DNA of 64,000 nt from an uncultured delta proteobacterium (GCA_963840855.1 CAWJBB010000030.1:225755-289754); one strand, 5' to 3'. Counted from the first letter of the stretch, positions 12,581 through 23,404 are shown. The notes: a model not told the origin generated them from the letters alone. A program made the numbers and translations.

Positions 12581-12652
12581 TGTCATCCCGTCGAAAGCGG
12601 GAAATAGGCTGTTTCGAATTATTCCTGAATGCCCGTTCGCGGAGGATGACGG
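12581..12652. repeat. Degenerate REP-like palindrome (GTCATCCC...GGATGAC)
   Basis: tgtcatcccgtcgaaagcggga ... cgcggaggatgacg; same family as the copies at 56159 and 59330. Confidence 0.5.
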
Positions 12653-12654
12653 TC

Positions 12655-13743
12655 ATGCGTGGGAGAGCCTCGTTGTTTACGACGTTATTAGTCATCATGG
12701 CATAGCAGTGCCAGGTGTCGTATTGCACTTATTTTGGCGTTGGGCTCTAGACAGCGGCGGCCCAGCGCATTGGAAAAAATCTCGATGAAATAGCGCAGCT
12801 GGCCAACAAAGAGAAGACTATCCGTGTTGCCAACTCCTGGGAACCGCAGAATGAACCGGTGCTGCTCAAAGGCTTCTATCAAAAGTATCCCGGCCTCAAA
12901 GTGACCAGCACCCGCGCAAGCGGTATTGAGACCAGGGAGCGTATCCTGAACGAAGCGCTGGCTGGAGTTTTCGACTTCGACTTGGTGAATGTATCGGGGG
13001 AGCTCAGACCCAATTACATCAAAGCCGGGGTCATGGCCGGTCCCATTGAATGGCGCAAGTTGTTTCCCGACATAAAGGACCTCCATTTCAGTCCCGATGG
13101 TTATTTCGTCGTCAGTGGCTTTAGCAAATACATCATCGCCTACAATCCCACCCTGGTGCCGAAGGACAAAGTACCCAAGAAATGGGAAGATTGTCTCGAC
13201 CCCTACTGGAAGGGAAAGCTGGTGGTCTTGACCCGTCCGCGAACGTTCACCGGTCTTGCCTCGGGCTGGGGCGAAGAGAAAACCATCAAGTACGCTCGGG
13301 CGCTCAAGGATAATCAGCCCGTGTGGAAGAGCAGCCAGTCCGGAGCGCTCACCCAAGTTGCGATCGGTGAATACCCGATGCTCTGCGGCGTGGGTTACCA
13401 CTCTACCAAAGATCTAATGGTGCGCGACCCCAAGGCTACTATCGCCTATTCCGTGCCCGGCGATTTGCCGATCCAGATCGGCGAGGCGATGGCGATTATG
13501 AAAGGGGGCAAAGCGCCCAACGCGTCCCTACTGTTAGCCGGGTGGTTGATAGCGCCGGAAGCCCAGAAGATTATGCATTTAGAGGGACGGGACTCGCCTT
13601 TTGTCGAAGGGACTGAGTCCGATCAGTTGATCAAGAAGCACGGCGCTAAGCCTATTTGGGAAGGTTGGGACGCCATTGAGCACGAGGCGCAGATGGCGCG
13701 CAAGATTACCGCGGCCTGGGGCTTCCCCAAGGCAAAAAATTAG
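12655..13743 (+). CDS. ABC substrate-binding protein with a disrupted 5' end
   Basis: The frame extends upstream of 12859 (TAAAQRIGKNLDEIAQLANKEKTIRVANSW), but the leader contains TAG stops or a frameshift. IAYNPTLVPK..PKKWEDCLDP and C-terminal AAWGFP are present. Confidence 0.8.
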
Positions 13744-13755
13744 ACGCCGAAGGAC

Positions 13756-15522
13756 GTGAACGTGATGAAAACCATCGCAATCCCGTATTCGGGTTGGCAA
13801 GGTGTGAAGAGCCGCTTGCGCGGTAATGTGCTGCCTTTTCTTCTGACCGGCTTTCTCGTCTTTCTGGTCATCATTCCACTGGCGCGTTTGGCAATCAACA
13901 GTTTTCAATTGGGTCATCCGGCGTTGCCTGAAGGCTGGACGCTGCAGAACTATTCAACGGCCTTGTCGATGCCGCTTTTTTATGAAGCCCTTGGCACGAC
14001 AGTTGTAATCTCCGCCATCGGAACTCTATTGACTCTCGGCATCGCCATTTTATTCGCGTGGCTGATCGAGCGCACGGATATGCCCCTGCGCAATCTCGCC
14101 TGGGCTTTGATTTTGATCCCGATGGCGATCCCCGGCGTGCTTTTCGCCCTTGGATGGGCGCTGCTGCTCGCCCCTAAGACGGGGGCGTTGAATCTTATAC
14201 TGCGGGCGGCTATGGGCGCGTTGGGTTTCGAAGCAACCACGGGTCCGATCAACATTTACTCCGTCGGCGGATTGATCTTTCTCGACGGCCTGCGCGGCGT
14301 CACGACGGTGTTTCTCATGGTCGTCGGCGCTTTTCGGATGATGGATCCGACTATGGAAGAGGCGGCGCGGGTGGCGAAAGCCAGCGGCAAGAGCGCTTTT
14401 TTTCAGATCACTCTGCCGGCTTTACTTCCGGCCGTGCTCACCGCCGCGATCTACTCGTTTATCTCGAGCATGGAATCCTTCGAAGGACCGCTGGCCATCG
14501 GGCTTCCGGGGGGGATTTTCGTTCTAAGCACGTTGATCTACTTCACGACCCGGCTGCAGGCGCCACTGGATTACGGTTTAGGCGCGGTATTCGGCGTCAT
14601 ATATATGGTCTTGATGCTGTTTCTATTGGTTGGTTACCGGCGAGTGGTGCGCTATTCCGAACGTTATTCGACCATTACCGGCAAGGGATTTCGCCCCCGA
14701 GTGGTTTCCATCGGCAAATGGCGCTATCCGGCTCTGGGAATGTTTATCGCCTATTTTATCGTTACCGTCGGCGCGCCCTTTGTGATTTTGTTATGGGCTT
14801 CGCTGCTGCCGAGTTATCGCATTCCTTCGATGGAGGCTTGGAGTCTCATTTCCCTGACGAATTATTTGCAAGTCTTCGCCATGCCTAATGTCGGTTCGGT
14901 GGTTTGGAACACGCTGTTCTTGATGATTATTTCGGCCACCGCCACCATGCTCTTGGCCTTCTTCGTTTCCTGGGTCATCGTGCGCACACAGCTCAGCGGC
15001 CGGGGCGCCCTCGATGCGGTGGTATTTTTTCCGCACGCGGTGCCGGGTATCGTGGTCGCCTTGGCGCTGATGATGGCTTACTTGAGCCCGCCGCTGAAGT
15101 ATCTCGGGATCTACGGCACGATCTGGATTCTCGGTATGGGTTTCATCGTCAGTTATATCGCGTTCGCCACCCGTTTGATGAACAGCTCGATCATTCAAGT
15201 GCATAAGGAATTGGAGCAGGCGGCTTATGTTTGTGGCGCGACACCGACGCGCACCTTGCTTGCCATTACTCTGCCGCTTCTCTTTCCCGCGTTTGCCGCG
15301 GGTTGGGTTTGGGTCGCCGTGCACGTGCTGCGGGGTTTTTCCATTCCCTTGATGCTTTCGAGCAGAAACAACCAGGTTTTTGCGGTGATGCTGTGGGATT
15401 ATTGGGACAGAGGGCTGGTCTCGCTGGCCTCGGCGCTGGGAGTCTTGCTCATCCTCGTATTGATTCCGCTGACCCTGGTCATGCGCCGTTTCATCGTTCA
15501 AGTCAGCGGGCAGCAAACCTAA
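13756..15522 (+). CDS. Fe3+-type ABC transporter permease
   Basis: Many TM helices and two EAA motifs (MDPTMEEAA, VHKELEQAA). Confidence 0.92.
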   Translation: MNVMKTIAIPYSGWQGVKSRLRGNVLPFLLTGFLVFLVIIPLARLAINSFQLGHPALPEGWTLQNYSTALSMPLFYEALGTTVVISAIGTLLTLGIAILFAWLIERTDMPLRNLAWALILIPMAIPGVLFALGWALLLAPKTGALNLILRAAMGALGFEATTGPINIYSVGGLIFLDGLRGVTTVFLMVVGAFRMMDPTMEEAARVAKASGKSAFFQITLPALLPAVLTAAIYSFISSMESFEGPLAIGLPGGIFVLSTLIYFTTRLQAPLDYGLGAVFGVIYMVLMLFLLVGYRRVVRYSERYSTITGKGFRPRVVSIGKWRYPALGMFIAYFIVTVGAPFVILLWASLLPSYRIPSMEAWSLISLTNYLQVFAMPNVGSVVWNTLFLMIISATATMLLAFFVSWVIVRTQLSGRGALDAVVFFPHAVPGIVVALALMMAYLSPPLKYLGIYGTIWILGMGFIVSYIAFATRLMNSSIIQVHKELEQAAYVCGATPTRTLLAITLPLLFPAFAAGWVWVAVHVLRGFSIPLMLSSRNNQVFAVMLWDYWDRGLVSLASALGVLLILVLIPLTLVMRRFIVQVSGQQT

Positions 15523-15525
15523 AGG

Positions 15526-16626
15526 ATGCCCATGCGAGTCACCGTAAGCGGATTGACCAAGAGCTTTGAAACAACGGACGGCCGCGCTGATGCGCTGCGC
15601 GGACTCGACTTCCAGGTCCAGGCGGGGGAGTTCTACACGCTATTGGGACCCAGCGGATGCGGCAAGAGCACGACGCTCAGGTGTATAGCGGGGCTCGAGC
15701 GTCCCGACTCTGGTGAGATCGCCATCGGAGAGAAGATCGTGGCCGGCTCAAAGGTCTTCGAGCCGCCGGACAAACGGCCCATCGGAATGGTGTTCCAATC
15801 CTACGCCATCTGGCCGCACATGACCGTATTCAAGAACGTAGCTTTTCCCCTGAAACAACAGCGAGTGCCGAAGAGAGAGCGGGAAAAACTGGTCATGGAA
15901 GCGCTTGCTCTGGTGAAGATGGAGGAACTGGCGCAGCGGCCGGCACCCTATCTGAGCGGTGGCCAGCAGCAGCGGGTGGCGCTCGCCCGAGCCCTGGTGT
16001 CGAAGCCCCAAGTGTTGTTGCTCGATGAGCCGCTCAGCAATCTGGACGCCAAGCTCCGCGAGGACCTCAGGTTCGAAATCAAGGAACTGACGCGGCGATT
16101 AGGCATTACCACGCTGTATGTCACCCATGATCAGACCGAAGCCCTGGCCATGTCCGACCGGATTGCGGTGATGCTGAGTGGGCAGATTCTCCAGGAGGCA
16201 TCGCCCAGGGAGCTGTATCTGAAGCCAGGCGCGAAGTTCGTCGCGCAGTTCATCGGTCAAGTGAATTTCTTCGAAGGGAGCGTCGCCGATTCATCCCGCG
16301 ACGGCTTGGGCGTGGTTCGCACGGCGCAAGGAGATCTGCGCTGCCTCATCCCATCGTCGCTGCCGAGCGGCGCCAAAGCTCTGGTTAGCGTAAGGCCGGA
16401 GAGTTTTCAGATCACGCGGGAACGGCAGGCGAACGAGTGCAATGTTTTGGAAGGAACGGTCGAAAAGTTCGTTTTTCTCGGCGACTTCATCGATTGTCAA
16501 ATCCTCATGGGTGAGCAGGCCGTGCGTGTCAAACTGCCCGCAACAAGCGATCTCAATCAGGGAGAACGGGTATTTCTGCAGTTCGATCCCCGCGCCTGCA
16601 TCCTGATCCCGGCAGCAACTGCATGA
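15526..16626 (+). CDS. ABC transporter ATP-binding protein (FbpC/PotA-like with TOBE domain)
   Basis: GPSGCGKST, LSGGQQQR, LLLDEP and YVTHD motifs. Confidence 0.95.
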   Translation: MPMRVTVSGLTKSFETTDGRADALRGLDFQVQAGEFYTLLGPSGCGKSTTLRCIAGLERPDSGEIAIGEKIVAGSKVFEPPDKRPIGMVFQSYAIWPHMTVFKNVAFPLKQQRVPKREREKLVMEALALVKMEELAQRPAPYLSGGQQQRVALARALVSKPQVLLLDEPLSNLDAKLREDLRFEIKELTRRLGITTLYVTHDQTEALAMSDRIAVMLSGQILQEASPRELYLKPGAKFVAQFIGQVNFFEGSVADSSRDGLGVVRTAQGDLRCLIPSSLPSGAKALVSVRPESFQITRERQANECNVLEGTVEKFVFLGDFIDCQILMGEQAVRVKLPATSDLNQGERVFLQFDPRACILIPAATA

Positions 16627-16647
16627 AGTGGCCTCATCTCGAGACGG

Positions 16648-17349
16648 TCAGTCGACACCCGTCGACTTAAAGGCTGCACGTACCGCGGGCGTGGCGAGGA
16701 AGCGCACAAAGCGCTGCGCCAGCTCCGGCGCCTCGGCTCCGGTTGAAACCCCGGCCGCATAGGTGGTGATGTTTTCGATTTCTTTGGGAAGAGGACCGAC
16801 CAGTTTCACGCCTTGATCGGAGCGCATGAGAATCGCAGTGATCTGGCCAAAGCCGATTTCCCTGGCGGTTCGACTGCTGGCGAGATGTTTCATTACCCCT
16901 TCGGCATCGGGAAAACGGATGGTTTTGGCCTTTGCCTCTTCGGCAATGCCTAGCTGTTCCAAGAGCTTCTCGACGAAAATCCCCGACGAGCCTTCGGTGT
17001 AAACAATCGATTCGCTGGCGATGAGTTCGTCTTTGAGCGCCCGCGCTGTGGAGATGTCGGGCTCGGGCTCGCCCCGGCGAATCACCACGCCGGCCTTTAC
17101 GCTGCCGATAACCGCGCTCGATCCGGCGGCGACATGGCCGCTTGCCGCGAAATCTTCCACTGTTTGAATGGGAACGAGGAGCACATCCGCGTTAGCTTCC
17201 CCGCTTTCCACCCGGCGGCGAATAGCTGGAGCCGTGGCGAATGTAAGGACGACCTTGTGCCCGGTTTCTTTTTCGAAGGCCTGGGCTGCGGTTTCGAGCC
17301 CTCTCTGCACCGCGCCACCGCTCAGGACTTTTAGGATTGATGCGACCAC
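16648..17349 (-). CDS. ModA-like (SBP_bac_11) substrate-binding protein
   Basis: LKVLSGGAV..FEKETGHKV, PDIST..LK and VGPLPKEIENITTY. Start uncertain. Confidence 0.8.
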   Translation of the reverse strand: MVASILKVLSGGAVQRGLETAAQAFEKETGHKVVLTFATAPAIRRRVESGEANADVLLVPIQTVEDFAASGHVAAGSSAVIGSVKAGVVIRRGEPEPDISTARALKDELIASESIVYTEGSSGIFVEKLLEQLGIAEEAKAKTIRFPDAEGVMKHLASSRTAREIGFGQITAILMRSDQGVKLVGPLPKEIENITTYAAGVSTGAEAPELAQRFVRFLATPAVRAAFKSTGVD

Positions 17350-17418
17350 TGAAGTCAACTTGATCGAGTTCTGCCAGCTAGGAGGCCTCAACCAAAGGGA
17401 AAGAATGAATGTTGCTTT

Positions 17419-17494
17419 ACCACGAAGGCACGAAGGACACGAAGTCTGAGCGAATAAATATCCGAACCCTTCGTCTACTTCGTGCCTTCGTGGT
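17419..17494. repeat. Inverted repeat with a CACGAAG 9-bp periodic core
   Basis: accacgaaggcacgaag ... cttcgtgccttcgtggt form perfect inverted arms. Confidence 0.75.
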
Positions 17495-17511
17495 GGAATT
17501 TCTCTGCTGCT

Positions 17512-17937
17512 TCAGTCCGCCAGCACGCCCATGTCCCGGCCACCGCCATGCTGATAGATGATGCGCTTGCCGGTCTTTTCATCGATTTCGTTTCTCTGCC
17601 CACCGGCCTTCGCGACATCTTCCGCCGTCGCCTTGTGGCTGTTGCCCAGGAGAATCATCGGCTCGTCATTGGGATTCGACCCTTCGTAGAACTCGTGGGC
17701 CGGGATACTGATTATCTGTCCCTGGGAAACCTCGTGGGTTTCATTGAGCCCCTTCATGATCCCTCGCCCGGTAAGGACGTAATAGGTCCGGTCCGACGGA
17801 TGGTTGTGCATGCGCTGCACGTCACCCGGCGGAAAAAACAGAATCCAGGTGTCCAGGTTCTCTCTTCTAAAGAGATCCAGGCGGCGGTCGCCTTTTTTTC
17901 TCTCCTTTGCCTTCTCGGAAATATCTATAACCTGCAT
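17512..17937 (-). CDS. Cupin domain protein
   Basis: MHNHPSDRTYYVLTGRG and GQIISIPAHEFY cupin motifs; GGGAGG RBS. Confidence 0.85.
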   Translation of the reverse strand: MQVIDISEKAKERKKGDRRLDLFRRENLDTWILFFPPGDVQRMHNHPSDRTYYVLTGRGIMKGLNETHEVSQGQIISIPAHEFYEGSNPNDEPMILLGNSHKATAEDVAKAGGQRNEIDEKTGKRIIYQHGGGRDMGVLAD

Positions 17938-18289
17938 ACTAACCTCCCTTTTAGTTTTAATTTCTTTCGCATTGTGCCTCCCCCCGCCTCCACCGAACCG
18001 ACTCTAGTCCCGCCAGCGACGGGCTGTCAAGTTCCATCCAGGCAGAGGAATACAAAATAACAGATCCTGCTTGTTGTCATGCCCCGGTTCTCAAGGAAAA
18101 AATGGTTCGTCGCCTTGACGTCCCGGCGTTGACTGAAAGTGTTGCAGTCATATATGCCAGCGCAAGGAGTTGATTCAGCGGAAGAAGATTGCATCGGCAG
18201 CCTCCGCTGGCGGCTTAGCGCCCGGTTTCTGACCCGAGAATGGGCACTATAAGACAGAATCATCAATGTCACGCGCCAATTGCTTCGTG

Positions 18290-18373
18290 GGGTTCAATAG
18301 TTCAACGGCTAATAGCCACTAAACCCGGTTCAAATCGTTCAAGACATTCAACCGCTTCGCTCTGTTCAAGCCG
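18290..18373. repeat. GTTCAA-core repeats
   Basis: gttcaatagttcaac ... gttcaaatcgttcaagacattcaacc ... gttcaagccgt. Confidence 0.65.
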
Positions 18374-18449
18374 TAGTGGCAGCAAATAGCAAGAGTAAAG
18401 ACCTACCCTATTCAGTGACGGTTGCTCTAAGAAATATCCTCTTGCCTAA

Positions 18450-18660
18450 ATGTATCATTGCGTGCGACAGTGACGGTGCTTAAATATGCGGTGGATTTCC
18501 TGCACGGATTCTATGGAATACCGATTACCCGCATGCCGATGGAATGGAACCGGCCAGAGCTCTTCCTGATTTCGACAGTCACCCGATCTCAGATGAGTCG
18601 AAACGGACAATTCTGTGGGATAACGCGGTCAAGCTCTCCGGGCAGCGTTTAGTCAGCTGA
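18450..18660 (+). pseudogene. C-terminal remnant of an amidohydrolase_2 gene
   Basis: A frame not in the ORF track reads RILWNTDYPHADG..ISDESKRTILWDNAVKL*. There is no N-terminus. Confidence 0.7.
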
Positions 18661-18738
18661 GAAGTCGATTTGAACGCGGCTTATCCTGAGGAACAACACT
18701 TGAGGGAATAAAACTAAAAACGCAACGAGGAGGTTCGC

Positions 18739-19890
18739 ATGGCCGAATACAAGCTAATCTCGGCAGATTCCCACGCAAATGAAGTCCCTGCAACGTGGGA
18801 GCGTGTCCGCCGCAAGTACGGCGATCGTGCTCCGCAAATAGTGTGGGATCCAAGCGAAGAGGAACACGGTCCGTACCTATCGATTCCGGAGTGGGAAACA
18901 AGTCTCGAAGGGAATAACCGTGAATCGTGTGCGATGGAGTTCGTGGGTATGGTGATCGGCGGGCTCGGCGTCGGCAGCGTCGTCGGTCGTACTTCGGCGA
19001 AAGCGGCCGAATTTCGCAAGAAATTCCGCTTTGAGGACTGGCCGGGGCCGTGGGAGCCGAACTCCCGGCTTAAAGACATGGACCGCGACGGAATAGAAGC
19101 CGATATTATTTACGCAAGTCATCTGCGCCACATTTACGGGCTAAGCGTTAAGGACGAGCCTTTTTTTCGCGCGATTGCGCAGTCGTACAATGACTGGTTG
19201 ATGGAGTACTGCAGCGTTGATCCTAAGCGGCTTATCGGTCTGCCGGTACTTTCCATCCTTGACGTTCAAGGCGCGGTGCAAGATTTAACCAACTACAGCA
19301 AGCAAGGGGCTAAAGGATTCATGATAGCGTCATCGACGCCGATCGGCAGCAGCTACGGCGACAGAAAGTTTGATCCCTTATGGGCGGCAGCGCAGGAAGC
19401 GGACACGCCCCTCGCCCTGCACACCACGACCGGGGCATGGAAAAAAGTCAAGTTCCATCACCCGCGGGTTCGGACCAGCATTCGCGGCGAGGGTGAAATT
19501 CAAACGTCCCTTCTGGAGATGATCTACGGCGGTATTTTCGATCGATTTCCTCGTTTGAAGATTGTCGCCGCAGAATGGGACATCGGTTGGGTCGCTCATA
19601 TGGTGGCTAAATTCAAAGACCATGATCCTAAAACCGGACTCGAATTGGCTCCCGCCGAATACTTCCGCCGTAACATCTGGTTCACGTTCGAAAATGACCG
19701 CGCCGGAGTGTTGACGACCCCGCTGTACGGTGCGGACCGCTTTTTATGGGCGAGCGACTACCCGCATGGCAACACCACATGGCCGGATTCCAAACAGATT
19801 GTCGAACAGCAGTTTGAAGGGATCCCTGACGAAATCAAGCGTAAACTCACGCGGCAGAATGCGATCGATCTCTACAAGCTGGAAGTGTGA
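18739..19890 (+). CDS. Amidohydrolase_2 family protein
   Basis: ISADSH, RLKDMDRDGIEA, FDRFPRLKIVAAE and WASDYPH motifs; GAGGAGG RBS. Confidence 0.93.
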   Translation: MAEYKLISADSHANEVPATWERVRRKYGDRAPQIVWDPSEEEHGPYLSIPEWETSLEGNNRESCAMEFVGMVIGGLGVGSVVGRTSAKAAEFRKKFRFEDWPGPWEPNSRLKDMDRDGIEADIIYASHLRHIYGLSVKDEPFFRAIAQSYNDWLMEYCSVDPKRLIGLPVLSILDVQGAVQDLTNYSKQGAKGFMIASSTPIGSSYGDRKFDPLWAAAQEADTPLALHTTTGAWKKVKFHHPRVRTSIRGEGEIQTSLLEMIYGGIFDRFPRLKIVAAEWDIGWVAHMVAKFKDHDPKTGLELAPAEYFRRNIWFTFENDRAGVLTTPLYGADRFLWASDYPHGNTTWPDSKQIVEQQFEGIPDEIKRKLTRQNAIDLYKLEV

Positions 19891-19938
19891 TCGCAGTATT
19901 GGCGAGCTTAGGTCACGGCAGATCCAACGGAGTCATTT

Positions 19939-21042
19939 ATGAAACTGTTACGCCGGCATGCGGCTTTCTCTTGGTTAGTGTTCGGAGCTCTTGGCTTGCC
20001 GCTTTTCGCAGCGACCGCGCAGCCGAAGCAAACCAAGCCGCAAGGCTACCATGTTAGTTCCGGTCGCGAAGAAATCGTCTCAGCGGCGATGAAAGAAGGA
20101 AAACTGCGCATTCTCACGACCATGGATGATGCAGACAGCAAAGCGAATACGGCGGCGTTCAAAAAGAAATACCCGTTTCTGGATGTCCACGCACAGCAAA
20201 GCCGCGGAACTGATTCGGCGCAGCGCTTGTTGCTGGAAATCAAAAGCGGCATGGCTAAAGAGTGGGATGTTGTGCTGGTCTCCGCGGATTTCTACAGCGA
20301 GTATCACCCGTACCTCTGGAAAGTGGATATTCTCGAGATGGCGAAAAAGGGAGTCCTCCAGATACCGCCGCCGATGATTGATCCTCGCAATAAAAATGTG
20401 CTCGCTTCGTTCAGCTACTTTCAAGCGACCGCGTATAATTCCAAGCTGATCCCGGCCAATTTGGTTCCCAAAACATTGAACGACCTATTGCGACCGGAGC
20501 TCAAAGGGCGAAAGTTTGCCGTGGATATTCGACCTAAGGATGTCGCCGGGCTTGTTCCTGCATGGGGCGTGGAGAAAACTTTGGATTTCGCCCGTAAGAT
20601 TGCGGCCCAGCAACCGATCTGGGTGCGCGGCGGGACGCGCGTTATGATGTCCATTATTTCAGGCGAAATCCCCATGATGATGGGCAATAACTATGGTAGC
20701 GTTCGGGAAGCGCAGCGCAAAGATCCTGCGGGTGTGCTCCAGTACGCAATCCTCGAGCCCGTACCCGTCAGGTTCGGCAACGCTCAGGCGATTTTGATGA
20801 GTGCGCGCAATCCTTACGCTGGCTTACTCTGGCTGGAATGGCTTGCATCCCCCGAAGCACAGAAAATCATCGACGACACTGAGCCTTACAGTTCTTCGGT
20901 TTACGTGCGCGGCGGTGTGGTGGAACAAGAACTCAGGGGCAAGAGCTTGTCTGTTGTTGATTGGGAGCACTATCCGCAAATGGAAGACTGGCAGGCAAAA
21001 ATCGTGGCGGCGTACGGTTTCCCCAAGGCCGATACGAAGTGA
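19939..21042 (+). CDS. ABC substrate-binding protein (Fe/thiamine-like)
   Basis: Signal peptide; AYNSKLIP, QQPIWVRG, GLLWLEWLASPEAQ and AYGFP. Confidence 0.88.
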   Translation: MKLLRRHAAFSWLVFGALGLPLFAATAQPKQTKPQGYHVSSGREEIVSAAMKEGKLRILTTMDDADSKANTAAFKKKYPFLDVHAQQSRGTDSAQRLLLEIKSGMAKEWDVVLVSADFYSEYHPYLWKVDILEMAKKGVLQIPPPMIDPRNKNVLASFSYFQATAYNSKLIPANLVPKTLNDLLRPELKGRKFAVDIRPKDVAGLVPAWGVEKTLDFARKIAAQQPIWVRGGTRVMMSIISGEIPMMMGNNYGSVREAQRKDPAGVLQYAILEPVPVRFGNAQAILMSARNPYAGLLWLEWLASPEAQKIIDDTEPYSSSVYVRGGVVEQELRGKSLSVVDWEHYPQMEDWQAKIVAAYGFPKADTK

Positions 21043-21085
21043 TCGCATTACAGGGAGCCGCGGCTCGAGAGGAGTTTACTGTCAC

Positions 21086-22036
21086 ATGTCTGAAGAAAAA
21101 CCGACTACGCGCCTGAGAAAGCTGCTCAACAGGACAGATCGGGTGCTCGTGATGCTTCACCCTCCCAGTGCGACGCATGCGCGGATTATGGAAACTGCCG
21201 GCGTCGAAGCGCTGTTCGTCGGGACCGGCGCCGTCGTCGGGGCATACACCGGTTTAGCGGATGTGGGAGTGGCGAGCATGACCGAATGTGTAACGATTGC
21301 CGGCTGGATCGCGCGCAGTGTTGCGATCCCCGTGATGCTCGATGGCGACACGGGTCACGGTGGCATCATGGCCGTACGGCGCCTGGTGGCCGAGTGCATC
21401 AGGGCAGGGATTGCTGGACTGCGTCTTGACGACCAACCGGGTGAAACCAAGCGGGGAACACAAACTTCCGGAATCGAAGTAGCACCGCTCGAAGTTGTCC
21501 TGGCCCGTTATCGGGCGGCAGTGGACATGAAGGACGAACTTGATCCTGATTTCGTGATTATGGCGCAGAGCTACGCGCGCGACGCGGCCAATGGCGGATT
21601 CGATGAGTTTTTACGGCGGATCAAAGCTTACAAAGAACAGGCCAAAGTGGATTGGGTTCAATTTGAATCGCCTCACTCGATAGAGGAGATTCAGCAAGCG
21701 CGCGCGGCTGTGGCGGGAACTTTCTCTGCGCAGAAAGGCAAGCTCTCACGAATTCTATCTCTCAAAGAGCATCTCGAATTGGGGCTCAACGCAGCGTGGT
21801 ATTCCGGTATGGGAACCGCAGTCACCTATGCCGCGCTGTGGGATTTTCTGCAGGATTTCCAACAACGCGAGCTCGCAGCCTGGGAGGATTTCCGCGCAGC
21901 CCACAAAGATAATCCGTATCTGCGCGGTAGCCGCGGGGCAAGTCCGGAAGGGCGCGAAAAACAACGCGAGCTGGAGGAACGCTATTTCCCGAACGAGATG
22001 CTGCAGAAATACCGCGACCCTTCCGACAAACGCTAA
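21086..22036 (+). CDS. Isocitrate lyase/PEP mutase family protein
   Basis: GLADVG, PVMLDGDTGHGG, AGLRLDDQ and DPDFVIMA motifs; RBS GAGGAG before the ATG at 21086. Confidence 0.88.
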   Translation: MSEEKPTTRLRKLLNRTDRVLVMLHPPSATHARIMETAGVEALFVGTGAVVGAYTGLADVGVASMTECVTIAGWIARSVAIPVMLDGDTGHGGIMAVRRLVAECIRAGIAGLRLDDQPGETKRGTQTSGIEVAPLEVVLARYRAAVDMKDELDPDFVIMAQSYARDAANGGFDEFLRRIKAYKEQAKVDWVQFESPHSIEEIQQARAAVAGTFSAQKGKLSRILSLKEHLELGLNAAWYSGMGTAVTYAALWDFLQDFQQRELAAWEDFRAAHKDNPYLRGSRGASPEGREKQRELEERYFPNEMLQKYRDPSDKR

Positions 22037-22163
22037 TCTGCTGCAAGGTTTGGAACCCTTGGAAAAAATCCGGCCTACGACGCCTTACATGCTGACCATC
22101 GACGACGTCAGAGAGTTTCCGAGGTATGAGAAAACGTGGAAGGAAACCTTTCAGATCCGCTGA
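22037..22163 (+). pseudogene. Probable C-terminal remnant of an SBP gene
   Basis: PLEKIRPTTPYMLTIDDVREFPRYEKTWKETFQIR* resembles SBP C-termini; there is no start codon. Confidence 0.4.
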
Positions 22164-22264
22164 AATGAAATTACCGGAACGATCCAGAACAGCGCGGCTC
22201 GGAATTTTCATCGGGTCACAGAATCCGTATTCAGGCTGCACTTAGGTCTACTCTATGCGCCCGT

Positions 22265-23404
22265 CTATTTTTGGCCCTCAGCTTTAGGGAAACCATAGGC
22301 GTCAAACACTTTCTTCTGAAGCTCTTGCATCTTAGGGGAGTGGTCCCACGCCACCAAAGAGGATTTTTTTCCCCGCGTGACTTGATAGGCAATTGTGCCG
22401 GGCGTGAAAACAGAACCCTCAAAACTGCTCTCTATTATTTTCTGTGCTTCCGGACTGGCAACGAATTCAAGCCACAAAAGACCGGCATAGGGAGATGCAG
22501 CTTTGTCAAAAACAGCCTCATGGTCGCCGATCCGAAGCGGGATAGGTTCAACGACCTTGTAAGCAAGATCGCCGGCTTTGTCTTTCTCCATGGCTGCCTT
22601 AGTGCTGTTTAAATTAGCTCCGAGGAGCATCGGGTATTCTCCCGCAACCATCGCCGCAAGCACTCGGGAATGACCTCGGACCCAGACCGGGTTTTGCGCG
22701 GCTATCCCTTTGGCAAATTGCAGAGTTTTTTCAAGTCCCCAGGCAGGAACCAAGGCGGCAACCTCCGAGGGCCGGATGTCGACGACGAATTTTTTCTCTT
22801 TGAATTCGGGTTTTAAGAAGTCATCCCATACGCCGGGAACCTTGTCCTCGGAGATTAGTTTCTTGTTGTAGGCCACAACCTGGGTATTGGTGGTGTAAGC
22901 CAGAATGTTGCGGTTTACCGGGTCGATCATCTCCGGCGGAATGCGGAGAACACCGTGCTGTGCCATGCCCAGGAGGTCAAGTTTCATTTGGTGCGGGAGG
23001 TAGTCGTCGTATAAGTCTGCGGCAACATAGTTCGTATCCCAGCCCTTTGCTGCACCGCTTTTCATTTCCAGGACCATGCGCTGATGTGTATCCGTTCCCT
23101 GGACCTCCTCTGCGCGCAGATCAATGAAGGGGTATTTCTTTTTGAACGCTTCCGTAAGCAGCTTCAGGCTTCTTTGCGTTGTCAGAACGCGTACCCGCCC
23201 CTCTTTTTTTGCTTTGGCGACTATTTCGTCGTGACTGGTTTCGAAGATATACCCTTTGGCTTTCGCCGCCTGCTTCGCTTTGGGTAAGTCAGGACTTGGC
23301 GCGGCAGAATAGGCAAGCGGAGTTGCCAGCCCGGGAGCAAACAGCAGCGCCAATAGCGCGAATTGGGACAAATACCGAAGGTTCATAAAATACGTCCGCT
23401 CCAT
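22265..23404 (-). CDS. ABC substrate-binding protein (paralogue of 19939 and 25509)
   Basis: AKKEGRVRV, VAYNKKLI, QNPVWVRG, GLLWLEFVASPEAQ and AYGFP. Confidence 0.9.
   Translation of the reverse strand: MERTYFMNLRYLSQFALLALLFAPGLATPLAYSAAPSPDLPKAKQAAKAKGYIFETSHDEIVAKAKKEGRVRVLTTQRSLKLLTEAFKKKYPFIDLRAEEVQGTDTHQRMVLEMKSGAAKGWDTNYVAADLYDDYLPHQMKLDLLGMAQHGVLRIPPEMIDPVNRNILAYTTNTQVVAYNKKLISEDKVPGVWDDFLKPEFKEKKFVVDIRPSEVAALVPAWGLEKTLQFAKGIAAQNPVWVRGHSRVLAAMVAGEYPMLLGANLNSTKAAMEKDKAGDLAYKVVEPIPLRIGDHEAVFDKAASPYAGLLWLEFVASPEAQKIIESSFEGSVFTPGTIAYQVTRGKKSSLVAWDHSPKMQELQKKVFDAYGFPKAEGQK

Noticed and set aside
12655-12750. Two in-frame TAG codons in the SBP leader as possible pyrrolysine or recoding
   Set aside because: TAG is a normal stop elsewhere in the window, and a hydrophobic stretch (IALILALG) lies in another frame, so indels or decay explain it better.
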